Made by a program: the position numbers and the translations under genes
Shown: positions 1-10,950 of the stretch, piece by piece
How positions within the stretch are numbered: position 1 is the first letter of the stretch
Layout of the letters: the number at the start of each line of letters is the position of its first letter
The notes under the pieces: model-generated
Told to the model about the DNA's origin: nothing
Databases searched by the model: none
Seen by the model: only the letters and a program-made list of their open reading frames with translations
Assembly (NCBI GenBank): GCA_035250975.1
Contig: DATFEP010000014.1
Span: 32,001 to 96,000, forward strand
Length of the DNA stretch: 64,000 bases
Reading direction: 5' to 3'
Source of the DNA: Nitrososphaeraceae archaeon
GTDB taxonomy: Archaea > Thermoproteota > Nitrososphaeria > Nitrososphaerales > Nitrososphaeraceae

Positions 1-124
1 CTATTCCTTTCTTACCTGCCTGAATATTTATAGTATAGGCCATGTCCTTAATCAATGCTTTTCCCACCAAATAACTCTCACCGAATGTCATCTTTAAAGA
101 AAATTCCAATGGATATTGATACAT
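1..124 (-). CDS. 5' part of a hypothetical protein running off the window start
   Basis: Hand translation from ATG at 124: MYQYPLEFSLKMTFGESYLVGKALIKDMAYTINIQAGKKGI..., open to base 1. Confidence 0.4.
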   Translation of the reverse strand, partial: MYQYPLEFSLKMTFGESYLVGKALIKDMAYTINIQAGKKGI

Positions 125-428
125 TTATTTCAATTTAATAATTAAAAATTATATAAAGTAACTTATTTAAAATTCTCAAATTTGATTACTAGCCCTAATT
201 TTGAAAATAATCATCAAGATTTAAGGTCTATATAGTATCTTTTTTAAGGTATTTTATACGTTCTATTTTTAGTAATTAGTAAGGAATAACAAACGTCTAT
301 AGGTATTGGCTTAATATTGTATCTTTTTCCTCAATACGATTTATCATTTTCGTATCTCTAAAATTTCAAATTCGACCATTTTGTTCTCTTTTCTAAGTAT
401 TTAACAGAATATAGCGATAAGCGTCATA

Positions 429-605
429 TTATAGACGAATGCCTGAAGCATACCAATTTCCGTGGGATGCTTCTTGAAATACTATTATCACTTCTTCTTT
501 GTTTACATGTAATATCTTAACTATATCATCCGTCAATGCTTCTGCGAGTCTATCTTTTTCTTTCTGTGTTCTACCACTATACATTGATACTGTTATTATT
601 GGCAT
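429..605 (-). CDS. 4-oxalocrotonate tautomerase family protein (58 aa; below ORF-track cutoff)
   Basis: MPIITVSMYSGRTQKEKDRLAEALTDDIVKILHVNKEEVIIVFQEASHGNWYASGIRL: catalytic Pro after Met, GRT-x-E-K motif, C-terminal W-x-x-x-G. Confidence 0.85.
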   Translation of the reverse strand: MPIITVSMYSGRTQKEKDRLAEALTDDIVKILHVNKEEVIIVFQEASHGNWYASGIRL

Positions 606-1130
606 AACTTAATAATGAAAAGAGAAATAGATAAGAATTTTGTTTATTAAACTGAATAACCAAAACGAAAAATAAAGTGAGAAGTAATATAGTTCACTTT
701 TTGTACTAAAGACACGCCCGTTTCAAACAAATAAAATATTGATTTTTTAGAATATATAAAAACTATGATTTAATGATTTTACAAGTTTAATCATGTAATT
801 TAAGTCGGACGTAAAAGTCTTATTTTGGTTATGAATCTGCTTTATGACCATCCAAATGAGAGCAGCAGTAAAATATTGTTCGTTAATATTTTTGGATGCA
901 ATAAATATTTCTCGAATAAATCATCTTCAGTTCAAATATGATTAATTCTGAAACATATTCATCTTTTAATGATTATTCTAATTTATTTTTAGTCGGTTGT
1001 GTTAATTTTTATAAAATATTAAAATCATAATCTTCAATGTTACCATTATCTGTAATATAAGATATGACTTTCAGGAGAAAAATTAGGTTGTGCTCTTGTT
1101 TCCAATTCAGTTTGAATTATATTAGATTTT

Positions 1131-2057
1131 CTATTCTTTTCCATCCTCATAATATTCTCCACCTGGCCTGAAATCTTCTTCGTGTCTGGTTACTATCTTG
1201 TTGGGATTATCAAAATCCTTTATGAATTTCTTCTCGCATTCAGTCATCTGTGGCGGTCCTAACTCTTCTGCTGAGGCACAACCAAAAACCATATCGCCTT
1301 TTTCTACAGTACCCAATTCGGTATTTCTATCGAACGTAAATGGAACTCTTATTATATAACTTTCATCAGATTTATCGTCTGTTTTTTTTACCTCATCTTC
1401 TATATTTACTGTTTTCATTTGATATTCACCTTTGACCATTGCTATTACAGTAAGCAGATCAACATCCTTTTGATCATATATTGGGGTTATAACAGTAATT
1501 TTTACGTCACCAGGAAGTTGGTTACCTGTTACAGGTAATTTGTTTAATTCAACACTTTTTTGAAATTTCATCATTGTATTAAATAAGCGTGCCGTGCTGG
1601 CATCGGTACCCTCTATAGTTTGACCTTCGTCACAATCATACGTTTTTATGGCGCTATAATTGTTTGCTAATTTTGTTTGCTCATCATTTAGTACATAGCC
1701 ACATACAAAATACTCATCATTGCCAATTGAAGAGATTTCATTAGTTTTATTGAATTCTAGATTTGAGGTCAAAACATTATTTGTTACCGCACTCTTCTCT
1801 GTTTGTGGATCAAAATATTGAATTTTTGCTTCCCCATTGACATATGCTACAATCTTTATCTTGTCTGTGTCTTTTAGTTCTATATTGTTTAAATTCATTT
1901 TAATGTGCAGATTTAATAAATCTTTATCATCATTGCTCTTTTCACTTACAGCTAATACTGAAATTTGGTAATTGAAAGATAATAATAATAGGATAATAGA
2001 AAAAACAGAGAAAATCTGAGAATATACAAAACTAGATCTATTTACAGTAACTTTCAT
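1131..2057 (-). CDS. Secreted hypothetical protein with two internally similar beta-rich domains
   Basis: N-terminal hydrophobic signal; IVAYVNGE...FNKTNEI...YFVCG resembles VIAMVKGE...FDRNTEL...VFGCA. Confidence 0.75.
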   Translation of the reverse strand: MKVTVNRSSFVYSQIFSVFSIILLLLSFNYQISVLAVSEKSNDDKDLLNLHIKMNLNNIELKDTDKIKIVAYVNGEAKIQYFDPQTEKSAVTNNVLTSNLEFNKTNEISSIGNDEYFVCGYVLNDEQTKLANNYSAIKTYDCDEGQTIEGTDASTARLFNTMMKFQKSVELNKLPVTGNQLPGDVKITVITPIYDQKDVDLLTVIAMVKGEYQMKTVNIEDEVKKTDDKSDESYIIRVPFTFDRNTELGTVEKGDMVFGCASAEELGPPQMTECEKKFIKDFDNPNKIVTRHEEDFRPGGEYYEDGKE

Positions 2058-2501
2058 CTCAGAGACTATATATTTTATGATATTTAAGGAATACTAGCTT
2101 TTATTTATTCCAAATCCGATATAATTTTCAAACTAGAACAAAATATAACCAAACCCTTGGAATCACATGGTATTATTGATCTCGATCCCAAGTGGTCTAA
2201 AAAAATAGAGATACGTAAGAATTATTAGTAAATAATCTGACTCTTATTCGGATAAAATTTATAAATTGCTGAATTGTCTTTCTGCTTTCAGTAAAGTAGT
2301 AATGATTAAAAACGATATTTTGATTAAATTAAAATTCCGACCGAAAAATATCTGTGTTTTAAAATGAAATAAAATTTTTATTGCATATTAATTTTTGTGA
2401 TTTGATGGCTTAATATCTGCCTTGGTCTATATTGAGAAATTAAAAAAATTAAAGTTACAATAAAATTTTATTTGGAAACTATATTTTTATTTTATATTTA
2501 T

Positions 2502-2984
2502 TTACATTTTGTATCCAATCCTTCTAAGAAATTGTTTTCTTTCATCTTCGTCTTTTTCTGTTTCAATTCCCTTGGACTTAAAGCCGTCCACTATTCCAAT
2601 TATGGATCTGCCCTGGTCTGTTTCATAAAGTATTACTTCAATAGGGTTTGCTGTTGCACAGTAAACATTCACAATTTCAGGAACTTCTTTCAACCTAGGC
2701 AATACATTAATTGGATAAGCATTCTCGATGAGAATTAGAAGACTATGACCAGCAGCAATATCATAAGCATACCGAGAAGATAACCTTCTCAAATCCAAAT
2801 CATTACCAGTATGTCTCACCAAGCATGGACCGCTCGCCTCGCAAAATGCAAGTCCAAATTTTATGTTTGGAACACAATTTATCAAACATTCGAAAACATC
2901 TTCAACTGTTTTTATGAAATGACTTTGTGCTAGAATAATCTGAACACCTTCTGGAGGACTGATCTTTATAATTCTGTAATTCAT
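2502..2984 (-). CDS. Adenosine-specific kinase family protein (DUF355/PAE2307-like)
   Basis: QSHFIKTVED, FGLAFCEASG, AAGHS, YPINVL, CATANP, GIVDG motifs. Confidence 0.9.
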   Translation of the reverse strand: MNYRIIKISPPEGVQIILAQSHFIKTVEDVFECLINCVPNIKFGLAFCEASGPCLVRHTGNDLDLRRLSSRYAYDIAAGHSLLILIENAYPINVLPRLKEVPEIVNVYCATANPIEVILYETDQGRSIIGIVDGFKSKGIETEKDEDERKQFLRRIGYKM

Positions 2985-3978
2985 ACATAAATTAATATTT
3001 TTATGATATTTAAATAGGGGTCATATATATACGTTATTAAAAGTTCTTAAATAAAGGAATATAAAATGCTCAAAATATAACCGAAATAATTACTCATAAA
3101 TCCGACATTTTCAAACAATTAGATTATTAACCATTTTAAAAAGGATTTTGAATTAAAAAAAAGAAACTCAAATATCTTAAAAGATGTCCATCTTAAATTC
3201 TTTTATTATCTTATTGTATTTAAAAACGTATTTTACTTTTTGATAAACGCATATCTTTACTTAAATATTTTTTAAATAAATTGCTTCAATTTTTATTTTT
3301 TTTTCAAAGAGGAATCTAATCACAAATATGAAATTTCCATCTGTTAATTTTTTATTTGTTAACTTTATTTTATGTTTTATCGATCTGATATTTAAATTCA
3401 GAAAAAATGCAGAAAGTCTTTCAATTTTCTATTTTTTCATTATTTAAGATAATTATAACTGATCGAATCTTGAACTACTTAATATTCGAAAATTGAAAAG
3501 ATATAAAACAGGTTATCCTCCAGACTAAATCTCTGTTAGATTAATTCTATATGCAAGCCAGGAAATATATTGTAGATATTCTCTGATTTAATGTTTGAGA
3601 GGTTCTCAAAATAACGCTTGCATAAAGTGTGTCTCGTTAACGTAAGTTAACGTAAATACATTTGTATACTTAATACATTCTTGATTAATTTTTACTTTCC
3701 TTGTTCAAATAATTGTTCCATTTTTTTTAAAGAAATTATAGTAATAAATCATTATTAAGAGTATTATTATTTCGTCAAAATCCCCACTATTTGTAAAATC
3801 AAATATTTCGAATACGAAATTTTTATTAGTTAGTATCAAATCTAGTATATGGAGATTATAATTGTCTGTGAAAATATATCAATTTATTTCAAGCTCCAAT
3901 TACTACTGTCTTTATCAAAACAAAATAGTTGTATATTGAGAAAAGTAAAAATAATCCGTAGCCTTATAATAAAATAAT

Positions 3979-4248
3979 TTGTCAAATTCTAAACATTTTA
4001 CCAGAGAAAACGCTAGGAAAGTGGGCGAGACACTAGGTGTTGACTGGAGTAAATTCGACATAGAGCAATTTAGAATGGGTTTGGATGTGGAATTGGAACA
4101 TGGAATAAGGAACGAACACACAGATGTTACTCATGACGACGAGATTATGACTGGTAAAATTGCTCTTGCACATTTGAATGAATTTCCTGATTATTATTCA
4201 CGATTAAAAAAGATGGAAGACGAAGCAAAGGAATTTTACAACAAATAA
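3979..4248 (+). CDS. DUF5661-like small protein
   Basis: GLDVELEHG...KIALAHLNEFPDYYSRL signature. Confidence 0.8.
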   Translation: MSNSKHFTRENARKVGETLGVDWSKFDIEQFRMGLDVELEHGIRNEHTDVTHDDEIMTGKIALAHLNEFPDYYSRLKKMEDEAKEFYNK

Positions 4249-4797
4249 TTTTGTCCAAGTTTGGAAATGGATATTGGAGAGTTTTATAAAATTTAGTAAA
4301 TATCATTTGATGTTAATAATAGATTGCTAAATATTTTTTCCGAATATATTAATTATAATAGAAAATATATAGATTGGATTAAATTAGGTTCTCTCTTTTA
4401 TTATCATACAATATGATTTTAGGAAGTCACTAAATCGCAAATATGTTAAAATTCGTTTACTCTATAATTTCTAGTTTAGAAAATCATGATGTTATCCTCG
4501 ATGTCTAGTTTAGATGAAAGGATTTCTTCTATTCTTATCTATCTGTATTTCTGGCACAGGTCAATGTAAATATTCGAACATTATGTGTATAATATGATAT
4601 AAAGGGTACGGCTATATTATAATAATCAAATTATTCTTATACAAGTTTTACAACAAAAGTGTATATTATGAGATTTTCAATCAATCATACAAAGTAATCT
4701 ATCTTGCCAAAAATTCTTGCAATAACTGGATGTTTATTATCATTTTTATGAATCTATAAAATAATCTTTAATCTTTATTTTAAAAAAAAGGGATTAT

Positions 4798-5745
4798 TTA
4801 TTCCAAACGAAGTTTTTTACTAATTTGCTTAGCAATTGCCCTAATTGTAACTTCTGAAACTCCTGCAGCATCCGATATTTGTTTTTGTGTAATTCCTTTC
4901 TTCATCCTCTTTTTGTTACTGTATGGAAGGGATATATAAATAGTGGCGCCCGCTATTCCCATTGGGTCTCTTCCAGCACTAAAACCAGTTATTTCGAGCC
5001 TCTTCATTAACTGAAGTGCCATTCTTATGTTCCTTTCGTCCAAATCTGCATTTCTTCCGACTTTTTCTATAAGTTGATATATGTTTTGCTGAGGAATCTT
5101 CTGGTCCAGATGTAATATAATCTGCCTGTATACTCTGGAGGTTTCGTTGTATTTACCATTATTTGCATTAATGACCTCCATAATGGTTCTAGGTATACTA
5201 AATTCTCTGCATGCTACGTACAACGATGCTCCTAATACAGTATTTATTTTCCTTCCCTTTACTAGTCCATCTTCTTGGACTTTTCTGTATATATAAGCAG
5301 CTTTTTCAATTACTGCAGCTGGTAGGTTAAGTTTATCTTTTAAAGCGTCTAATTGTCTGAATGCGATACTCAAGTTTCTAGAAGATTTATGTATTTGAGA
5401 CCTTCTATCCCAATTTCGAAGTCTATTAAACCTTACTTGCATTCTGGAATCAATTATGTGGCCAGTTGAATCTCTTTGAGTTCGGGCAATAGTAGTAGAA
5501 AGTCCTTTATCGTGACGCGCTAAAGATGAAGGATATCCGTTAGATGTATTTAGGTGTTCATCATCTGCTGTATTCCAGATTTTTTTTGTATATTCTATAC
5601 TTCTGGCGGCAACTATACCACACTTAGAACATATAACCTCTCCTGCTTCATTATCGGTGATCATTTTCGCTTCGTTCGGATCACATGTTTGACATTGAAT
5701 TATTGATTGCATATTTTGTTTTGTATTTATTATAAATATAGGCAA
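4798..5745 (-). CDS. tfb: Transcription initiation factor IIB (TFB paralog); true start may be ATG at 5712
   Basis: Zn ribbon CQTC...GEVICSKCG, HDKGLST, two cyclin folds (LVKGRK, GRDPMGIAGA), HTH QISDAAGVSEVTIR. Confidence 0.95.
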   Translation of the reverse strand: MPIFIINTKQNMQSIIQCQTCDPNEAKMITDNEAGEVICSKCGIVAARSIEYTKKIWNTADDEHLNTSNGYPSSLARHDKGLSTTIARTQRDSTGHIIDSRMQVRFNRLRNWDRRSQIHKSSRNLSIAFRQLDALKDKLNLPAAVIEKAAYIYRKVQEDGLVKGRKINTVLGASLYVACREFSIPRTIMEVINANNGKYNETSRVYRQIILHLDQKIPQQNIYQLIEKVGRNADLDERNIRMALQLMKRLEITGFSAGRDPMGIAGATIYISLPYSNKKRMKKGITQKQISDAAGVSEVTIRAIAKQISKKLRLE

Positions 5746-6234
5746 ACAAATATATAAATCTTATACTATTATGTATAAAATTTCTAACCGTTATACCATC
5801 TAAAATAAATAATAGGAATCTATGATCCTCCAATTAATCCTGTTATGAATACCTGGTATAGATTGATAGCTGTTTCACGTTATTTTTAAACTAGAAGTAA
5901 TTAACAACCTTGTTGAAAAATGCCCTCATACCGAATGATTTGTAAGTTCATATAAAAAAATATAAAATTCTTTTATGAATTCCACTATATCACAAAATTA
6001 TATTCATATTCTCGAAATCTAAAATGGTACACATTGAAATTTTATTTATAGAATATCAGATATTATATGACACTTAACGAAATGCCTCATTTTGTTAATT
6101 TTATGTCCACTATATTTCTAGTTATAATAATCAATTGTAGTCAAACTTGAAAGTATAATAAAACTGTTATTCAAAAGTAATATAACATATAATAATGGCA
6201 TTGAATGACTAATTAATACAAAGGTAAGCAATTA

Positions 6235-7119
6235 ATGATTGGTAATAAGGAATTTGTTACTGATTTCAGATCATTATTAGATAAGAAAAGATTTGAAGAA
6301 CAGATAATTGATGGACAATCTGGATTTTATGATAAGATAGAAGAAGTTTTTATTCCTGAAAATGTGTTTGCTACTCTTTTTAACAACATAGGACCTAGAT
6401 ATCAACCATCCAACATAGAAATTCAAAACATGATCCAGAGTAGTCGAAAAAGAGTGTCAAGCACAATAAAGGATATCCATCAGAATACCAAAGATTCTTA
6501 CGCTCAAATATTTTTGTCCTATTTATCTCATAAATTCCTGCTTGAAAACAAGAAACAACCCAGAGATATGGTAATTCTCTATATAGATCTGGTTGGTTCT
6601 ACAGCACTAACAGCTATACTGAATCCTGAAGAATTATCCATGATCGTTAGAATATTTTGTCAAGAAATTTCAATTTGTATATCAAGATATTTCGGTTATG
6701 TGTTAAAATATGCCGGTGATGCAGTAATTGGTTATTTTCCTGAGGGTTCGATACTATCGAAAGGAGATCTACATGAGCATGCAATAAAATGTGGGTTTTA
6801 TATGCAGAAGTTGTTAGATGAATCAGTTAATGAAATTCTCTATCAGAATAAATATCCTAAGTTAAGAAGTCGAATAGCAATTGATGTTGGTAAAAATCAG
6901 ATAGTAGTGCTTGGATCAGAACCAGATCTGTTAGGTTATGTGATAAGCAGAGCAGCCAAAATCATGGGTAAGGCCCCCCCTAACAATATCATAATAGGAG
7001 AAAATGTTTTTAGAAATCTCAATGATAATACTAAAGAAAAATTTCCTTTAAAGGATAAATTTATGCTCTTTGAAACAGGAGAAATTTATTCAACACATAT
7101 GACAAATAAAAAGAAATAG
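6235..7119 (+). CDS. Class III adenylate/guanylate cyclase domain protein
   Basis: YIDLVGST and VLKYAGDAV metal-binding Asp motifs, RIAIDVG, DLLGYVISRAAKI, IIIGE. Confidence 0.9.
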   Translation: MIGNKEFVTDFRSLLDKKRFEEQIIDGQSGFYDKIEEVFIPENVFATLFNNIGPRYQPSNIEIQNMIQSSRKRVSSTIKDIHQNTKDSYAQIFLSYLSHKFLLENKKQPRDMVILYIDLVGSTALTAILNPEELSMIVRIFCQEISICISRYFGYVLKYAGDAVIGYFPEGSILSKGDLHEHAIKCGFYMQKLLDESVNEILYQNKYPKLRSRIAIDVGKNQIVVLGSEPDLLGYVISRAAKIMGKAPPNNIIIGENVFRNLNDNTKEKFPLKDKFMLFETGEIYSTHMTNKKK

Positions 7120-7169
7120 TTAATTTCAGAATTGAAAGTTTTATTACTTTAAGTAATAATTTCATTGAT

Positions 7170-8615
7170 ATGGAAAGAATGGAACCAGATTCTGGACTAG
7201 AGGATATTCATAAGTTTATTACAAATGAAAATAAATCATTATTAATTAAAGGGAAATCTGGTACCGGTAAGGCCACTCTGGCTCTAGAAATAGCAAAAAC
7301 TCACTCAAACAAATTCGAAGTAATATATATTTCTAGAAATATTTCCGTAAATAATATTTACAATAGATTTCCATGGACCAAAAACCTATTAAAATCATAC
7401 AATATAGTGTCTATCAACACCAACCCTGATTTTATGTTATCTGAAGCGTCAGTCATATTAAATAGTATAATGAATACACTATCAAATAGAATTCAAAAAA
7501 TTGAAGATCCGTTTGTACCTTTAAAGGAAAAACCGAGGCCATTTATAATATTGGAGATATGGGATAACTTAGTAAAAGAACTAGATAACAAAGATATCAT
7601 AAGAACACAAAAAATATTATCTTCCCTAATAGATAAAAATGGAGGTTTTGTCATTTTTTTGACTGAAGACATGGACAATACAGATCTTGATAATTTAATC
7701 GATGGAATCATTACTCTTGATCAATCTTTTTATAAATCATACCGTCTTAGAGAAATGCAAATATACAAACTTAAAGGAACTGGGATAAATAGATCTAAAA
7801 TAGGATTTACGTTAACAGATGGAAGGTTTAGAACATTTTCACCCATCTCTCATAAAATTAATTTTGATAAAACAAATAACTTTGTTTTTTTTTCACATTC
7901 AGAAAAAACATTCTCTACTGGAAATCAAGGATTGGATAATAAATTAAAAGGAGGTTTTAAAAGAGGTAGTATAATCTCATTGGAGATAGAAGAAGAAGTA
8001 GATAGATTTGCCTTTGTTCCAGTTTTCGTTCCACTGGTATTAAATTTTATTTCGCAAAGTTATGGAGCATTAATAATCTCAGCTTGGGATCAACATATAT
8101 CATCCGTTACACGATACATCACTCCGTTTGTAAATAAGAAATTATTGAGTAAATATTTCAAAATAATAGGAAGAGAGAATGTCATTAAAAATGATCTTAA
8201 AAATAGTGAAAGTCAACCATACATCATACCTGGGATAGAAGTAGATTTTATAAATACATTCAAAATATGGAATAAAGAATATGATGAATTGCGAACTATA
8301 ACAGATGGATGTCTTGTAACAGTAGATTTTAGTTTTGTAGAAATACAATATCAAAATGAACTTTTAGATATTCAAAAAGCCATTATTAACTTTTCTAGCA
8401 AAATACGTTCCTCAAATGACTTACTTATAATGGTTTCCAGACCGACCTATAAATCACTAGAAGTAATGAAAAGTGTCAGTGATATTCATTTGAAATTAAT
8501 TGAGTTCAATGGAGCTGTGATGTTGGCCGCTATCAAACCTCAATTCTTTCTTTATAACATACAAACTGATCCGCACGCCGGATATCCAAAGTCACATTTT
8601 ATAAATAGTTCCTAA
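7170..8615 (+). CDS. Two-domain KaiC/GvpD-like RecA-superfamily ATPase with degenerate motifs
   Basis: SLLIKGKSGTGKAT, LIDGIITL, RLREMQIYKLKG, FTLTDGRF; second domain FSTGNQGLDNKLKGGF lacks an intact Walker A. Confidence 0.85.
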   Translation: MERMEPDSGLEDIHKFITNENKSLLIKGKSGTGKATLALEIAKTHSNKFEVIYISRNISVNNIYNRFPWTKNLLKSYNIVSINTNPDFMLSEASVILNSIMNTLSNRIQKIEDPFVPLKEKPRPFIILEIWDNLVKELDNKDIIRTQKILSSLIDKNGGFVIFLTEDMDNTDLDNLIDGIITLDQSFYKSYRLREMQIYKLKGTGINRSKIGFTLTDGRFRTFSPISHKINFDKTNNFVFFSHSEKTFSTGNQGLDNKLKGGFKRGSIISLEIEEEVDRFAFVPVFVPLVLNFISQSYGALIISAWDQHISSVTRYITPFVNKKLLSKYFKIIGRENVIKNDLKNSESQPYIIPGIEVDFINTFKIWNKEYDELRTITDGCLVTVDFSFVEIQYQNELLDIQKAIINFSSKIRSSNDLLIMVSRPTYKSLEVMKSVSDIHLKLIEFNGAVMLAAIKPQFFLYNIQTDPHAGYPKSHFINSS

Positions 8616-9155
8616 TAGATATATTGAAAGATACTGCTGAGTACATTCATTATATTTTGAATTGAATCTTGTTTTTGATCGTTATATAGTATAAAGAATG
8701 AATAATTTGATCAAAAGCCATAAATATTTATGTGACTTTTTATTGCTGGCTTAGACTATTTATTCACAAATATAATACCAGAACATAAAACTATAATTCC
8801 TTCAAGTGATTACAAATTGTCTAATTTAATAGAGTTGATTCAAATTTTTTTTATTATATTTTAGTATCTTGTTACTATATTATTAACAATTCACGTATAT
8901 GTGTTTTATACATAGGTTTAAAGATTTTTTATTTTTTTATGTATAATTACAGCTTAAAAATTTGTTTTAAAATTTTATGTTTATTTATAGTAATTGAAGT
9001 AACTTATCTCTACCTCATGGAAGTTGATTTACGAGCATACGAGAAAGTTATATAAAAGACAAAGTATAATACAATCTTCTATAGGTAATATATTTTTCTA
9101 TAAAGAGAATATTCAATAGTTTATTATGATATATATATATCAAGATGTTTTTACA

Positions 9156-9454
9156 ATGAAAAAGGTATCAATATTCCTAACTATATGAATTCTCTTAATA
9201 AGCGCTGCAGTACTCACATATGTTCCTAGAAATATAGTTGCACAATCTGATACCACTGATTACACAGTGACCGAAGAACAGATCAAAGCAAAAATCACAG
9301 ACTTCAAGGCAAAACACCCAAATTCGCTGCTATTCTTGAAGAAATACCCAATCCGGACTTGAAAGAAACTGTTAAAAGTTACATTGGTGCTGAAGCTCTA
9401 CAAAAAATGCTAAAATTCCACGCTAAAAATCTAGTTGAAGAAAAAGTAATGTAA
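9156..9454 (+). pseudogene. Disrupted single-repeat paralog of the secreted protein at 47790-48305
   Basis: MKKVSIFLTI*ILLISAAVLTYVPRNIVAQSDTTDYTVTEEQIKAKITDFKAKHP [frameshift] KFAAILEEIPNPDLKETVK...HAKNLVEEKVM*; TGA at 9186-9188. Confidence 0.85.
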
Positions 9455-9677
9455 GTAACTAAATTTCGGATATAAAAATATCTAAAATTTTTATATTTTC
9501 TTTTTATTTTGGACATCATATTATTGGACAATAGGAGATTTTATAAACTAGAAACATTATTTTTGTTAAAATAAAAATGAATGTATATTTTAAACATGTA
9601 TTGTTATTAAAACAACTATTGTTACCGGAACAATAATAACATATATATGCAGGATAACTATCGCATGTATTTTATTA

Positions 9678-10253
9678 ATGATAAGAGAATCTGATTCAAA
9701 AACTCATGGATGGATGCGATTTGCCCAAATTGGTTTAGGAGCTATTGCAATTATTATATCCTTAATTGTTATAACATATCCTGGACTTACTACTATATCT
9801 TTAGTATATTTTCTTTCCATTCTCTTCTTCATTGTGGGAATTGAGAAAATTATAACGGGGATTATCTTCAAGAGTAAGTCACGTCTTGCAAGTATAGGTT
9901 TGGGAGTTCTAGTTTTAATATTGGCTGGTTTGGCATTAGCATTTCCAGTCAGTGCTACTTATATACTCGTACTGTTTGTTGCTTTGGCTTTACTGTTTGA
10001 TGGTTTTGCTCGTATAGCTCACGGGATTGGTGAAAAATCAGAGAGCAAATTCAATAGGTTCTTTAGTATTGGTGTAGGAATAATATCTATTGCTATATCA
10101 GCATATATAATGGCGTCACCATTATTTGGTTTTGCATTTGTAGGCTTTTTAATAGGAATATCGATTTTTATAACTGGAATTCAAATTTTGGTGGCAGGCT
10201 TGAGGGGAAGAAAACTATCCTTAGAAGCTACAAGAATGGATGTTGGAAAATAA
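9678..10253 (+). CDS. HdeD/DUF308 family membrane protein
   Basis: About six hydrophobic helices in repeated G-x-x-x-I...P hairpin units. Confidence 0.8.
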   Translation: MIRESDSKTHGWMRFAQIGLGAIAIIISLIVITYPGLTTISLVYFLSILFFIVGIEKIITGIIFKSKSRLASIGLGVLVLILAGLALAFPVSATYILVLFVALALLFDGFARIAHGIGEKSESKFNRFFSIGVGIISIAISAYIMASPLFGFAFVGFLIGISIFITGIQILVAGLRGRKLSLEATRMDVGK

Positions 10254-10322
10254 AATAGAGTTCGGATTTTAAATTTTTAAAATCTTATTTATAGTATAGA
10301 AAATAAATATGTGTAATAATAC

Positions 10323-10757
10323 TTGTCGAAAATGGAATATTATGTTATTTATTTTTTATTATCATTGCTTTTGTCGAGTTCATTATCTTTTTCATATGCA
10401 CTCAATCCAAATGTTGTTGTGACTATACCTTATGGTGCAGCTAGCGATATTACTCAGCATTTTTTACCAAATCCAGTTAATATTGATGTTGGTGACACAA
10501 TAGAATGGATAAATGAAGATGCTACTATTCATACTGTCAATGGTATAGAGGTTATGGCTATTGATGACATCAAATATAAAGAGACGACTGAACTAGGATT
10601 AAAGACTTCACTATTTGATTCAAATATTCTATATCCAGGAGACATATTTTATTATACATTCGATCAAGAAGGGATTTATAACTATATTTGTATTATACAT
10701 CCTTATCTTATATCGACAGTAAATGTCGAAAAAATCCAAAAACTAATTTCTAATTAA
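10323..10757 (+). CDS. Plastocyanin/azurin-family cupredoxin, secreted
   Basis: Signal peptide, F-x-P...VGDTIEWIN-x-D-x-x-x-HTV, YICIIHPYL. Confidence 0.9.
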   Translation: MSKMEYYVIYFLLSLLLSSSLSFSYALNPNVVVTIPYGAASDITQHFLPNPVNIDVGDTIEWINEDATIHTVNGIEVMAIDDIKYKETTELGLKTSLFDSNILYPGDIFYYTFDQEGIYNYICIIHPYLISTVNVEKIQKLISN

Positions 10758-10950
10758 AAATACACATTTGTCCTAATTCAATTAACTAATGACTTACTCT
10801 TTATACGAAGATAATAATAGTCAATAAATTGTATAAAATTAAAAAAATATTATTTATTTAAGGTTCTCAATTTCTACCTCTAAATTTGTACTGGGTAAAC
10901 ATTAAATCTTATTTATTACAAATATATACCATTAAAATTTTTATCTTAAT

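Noticed and set aside
3594-3655. Short hairpin (tttgaga-ggt-tctcaaa) and 10-bp tandem gttaacgtaa x2 in a long intergenic region
   Set aside because: Too short to distinguish from chance in AT-rich DNA
7170-8615. Gas vesicle locus suggested by GvpD similarity
   Set aside because: No gvpA or other gvp genes nearby; the domain is a general KaiC-like family
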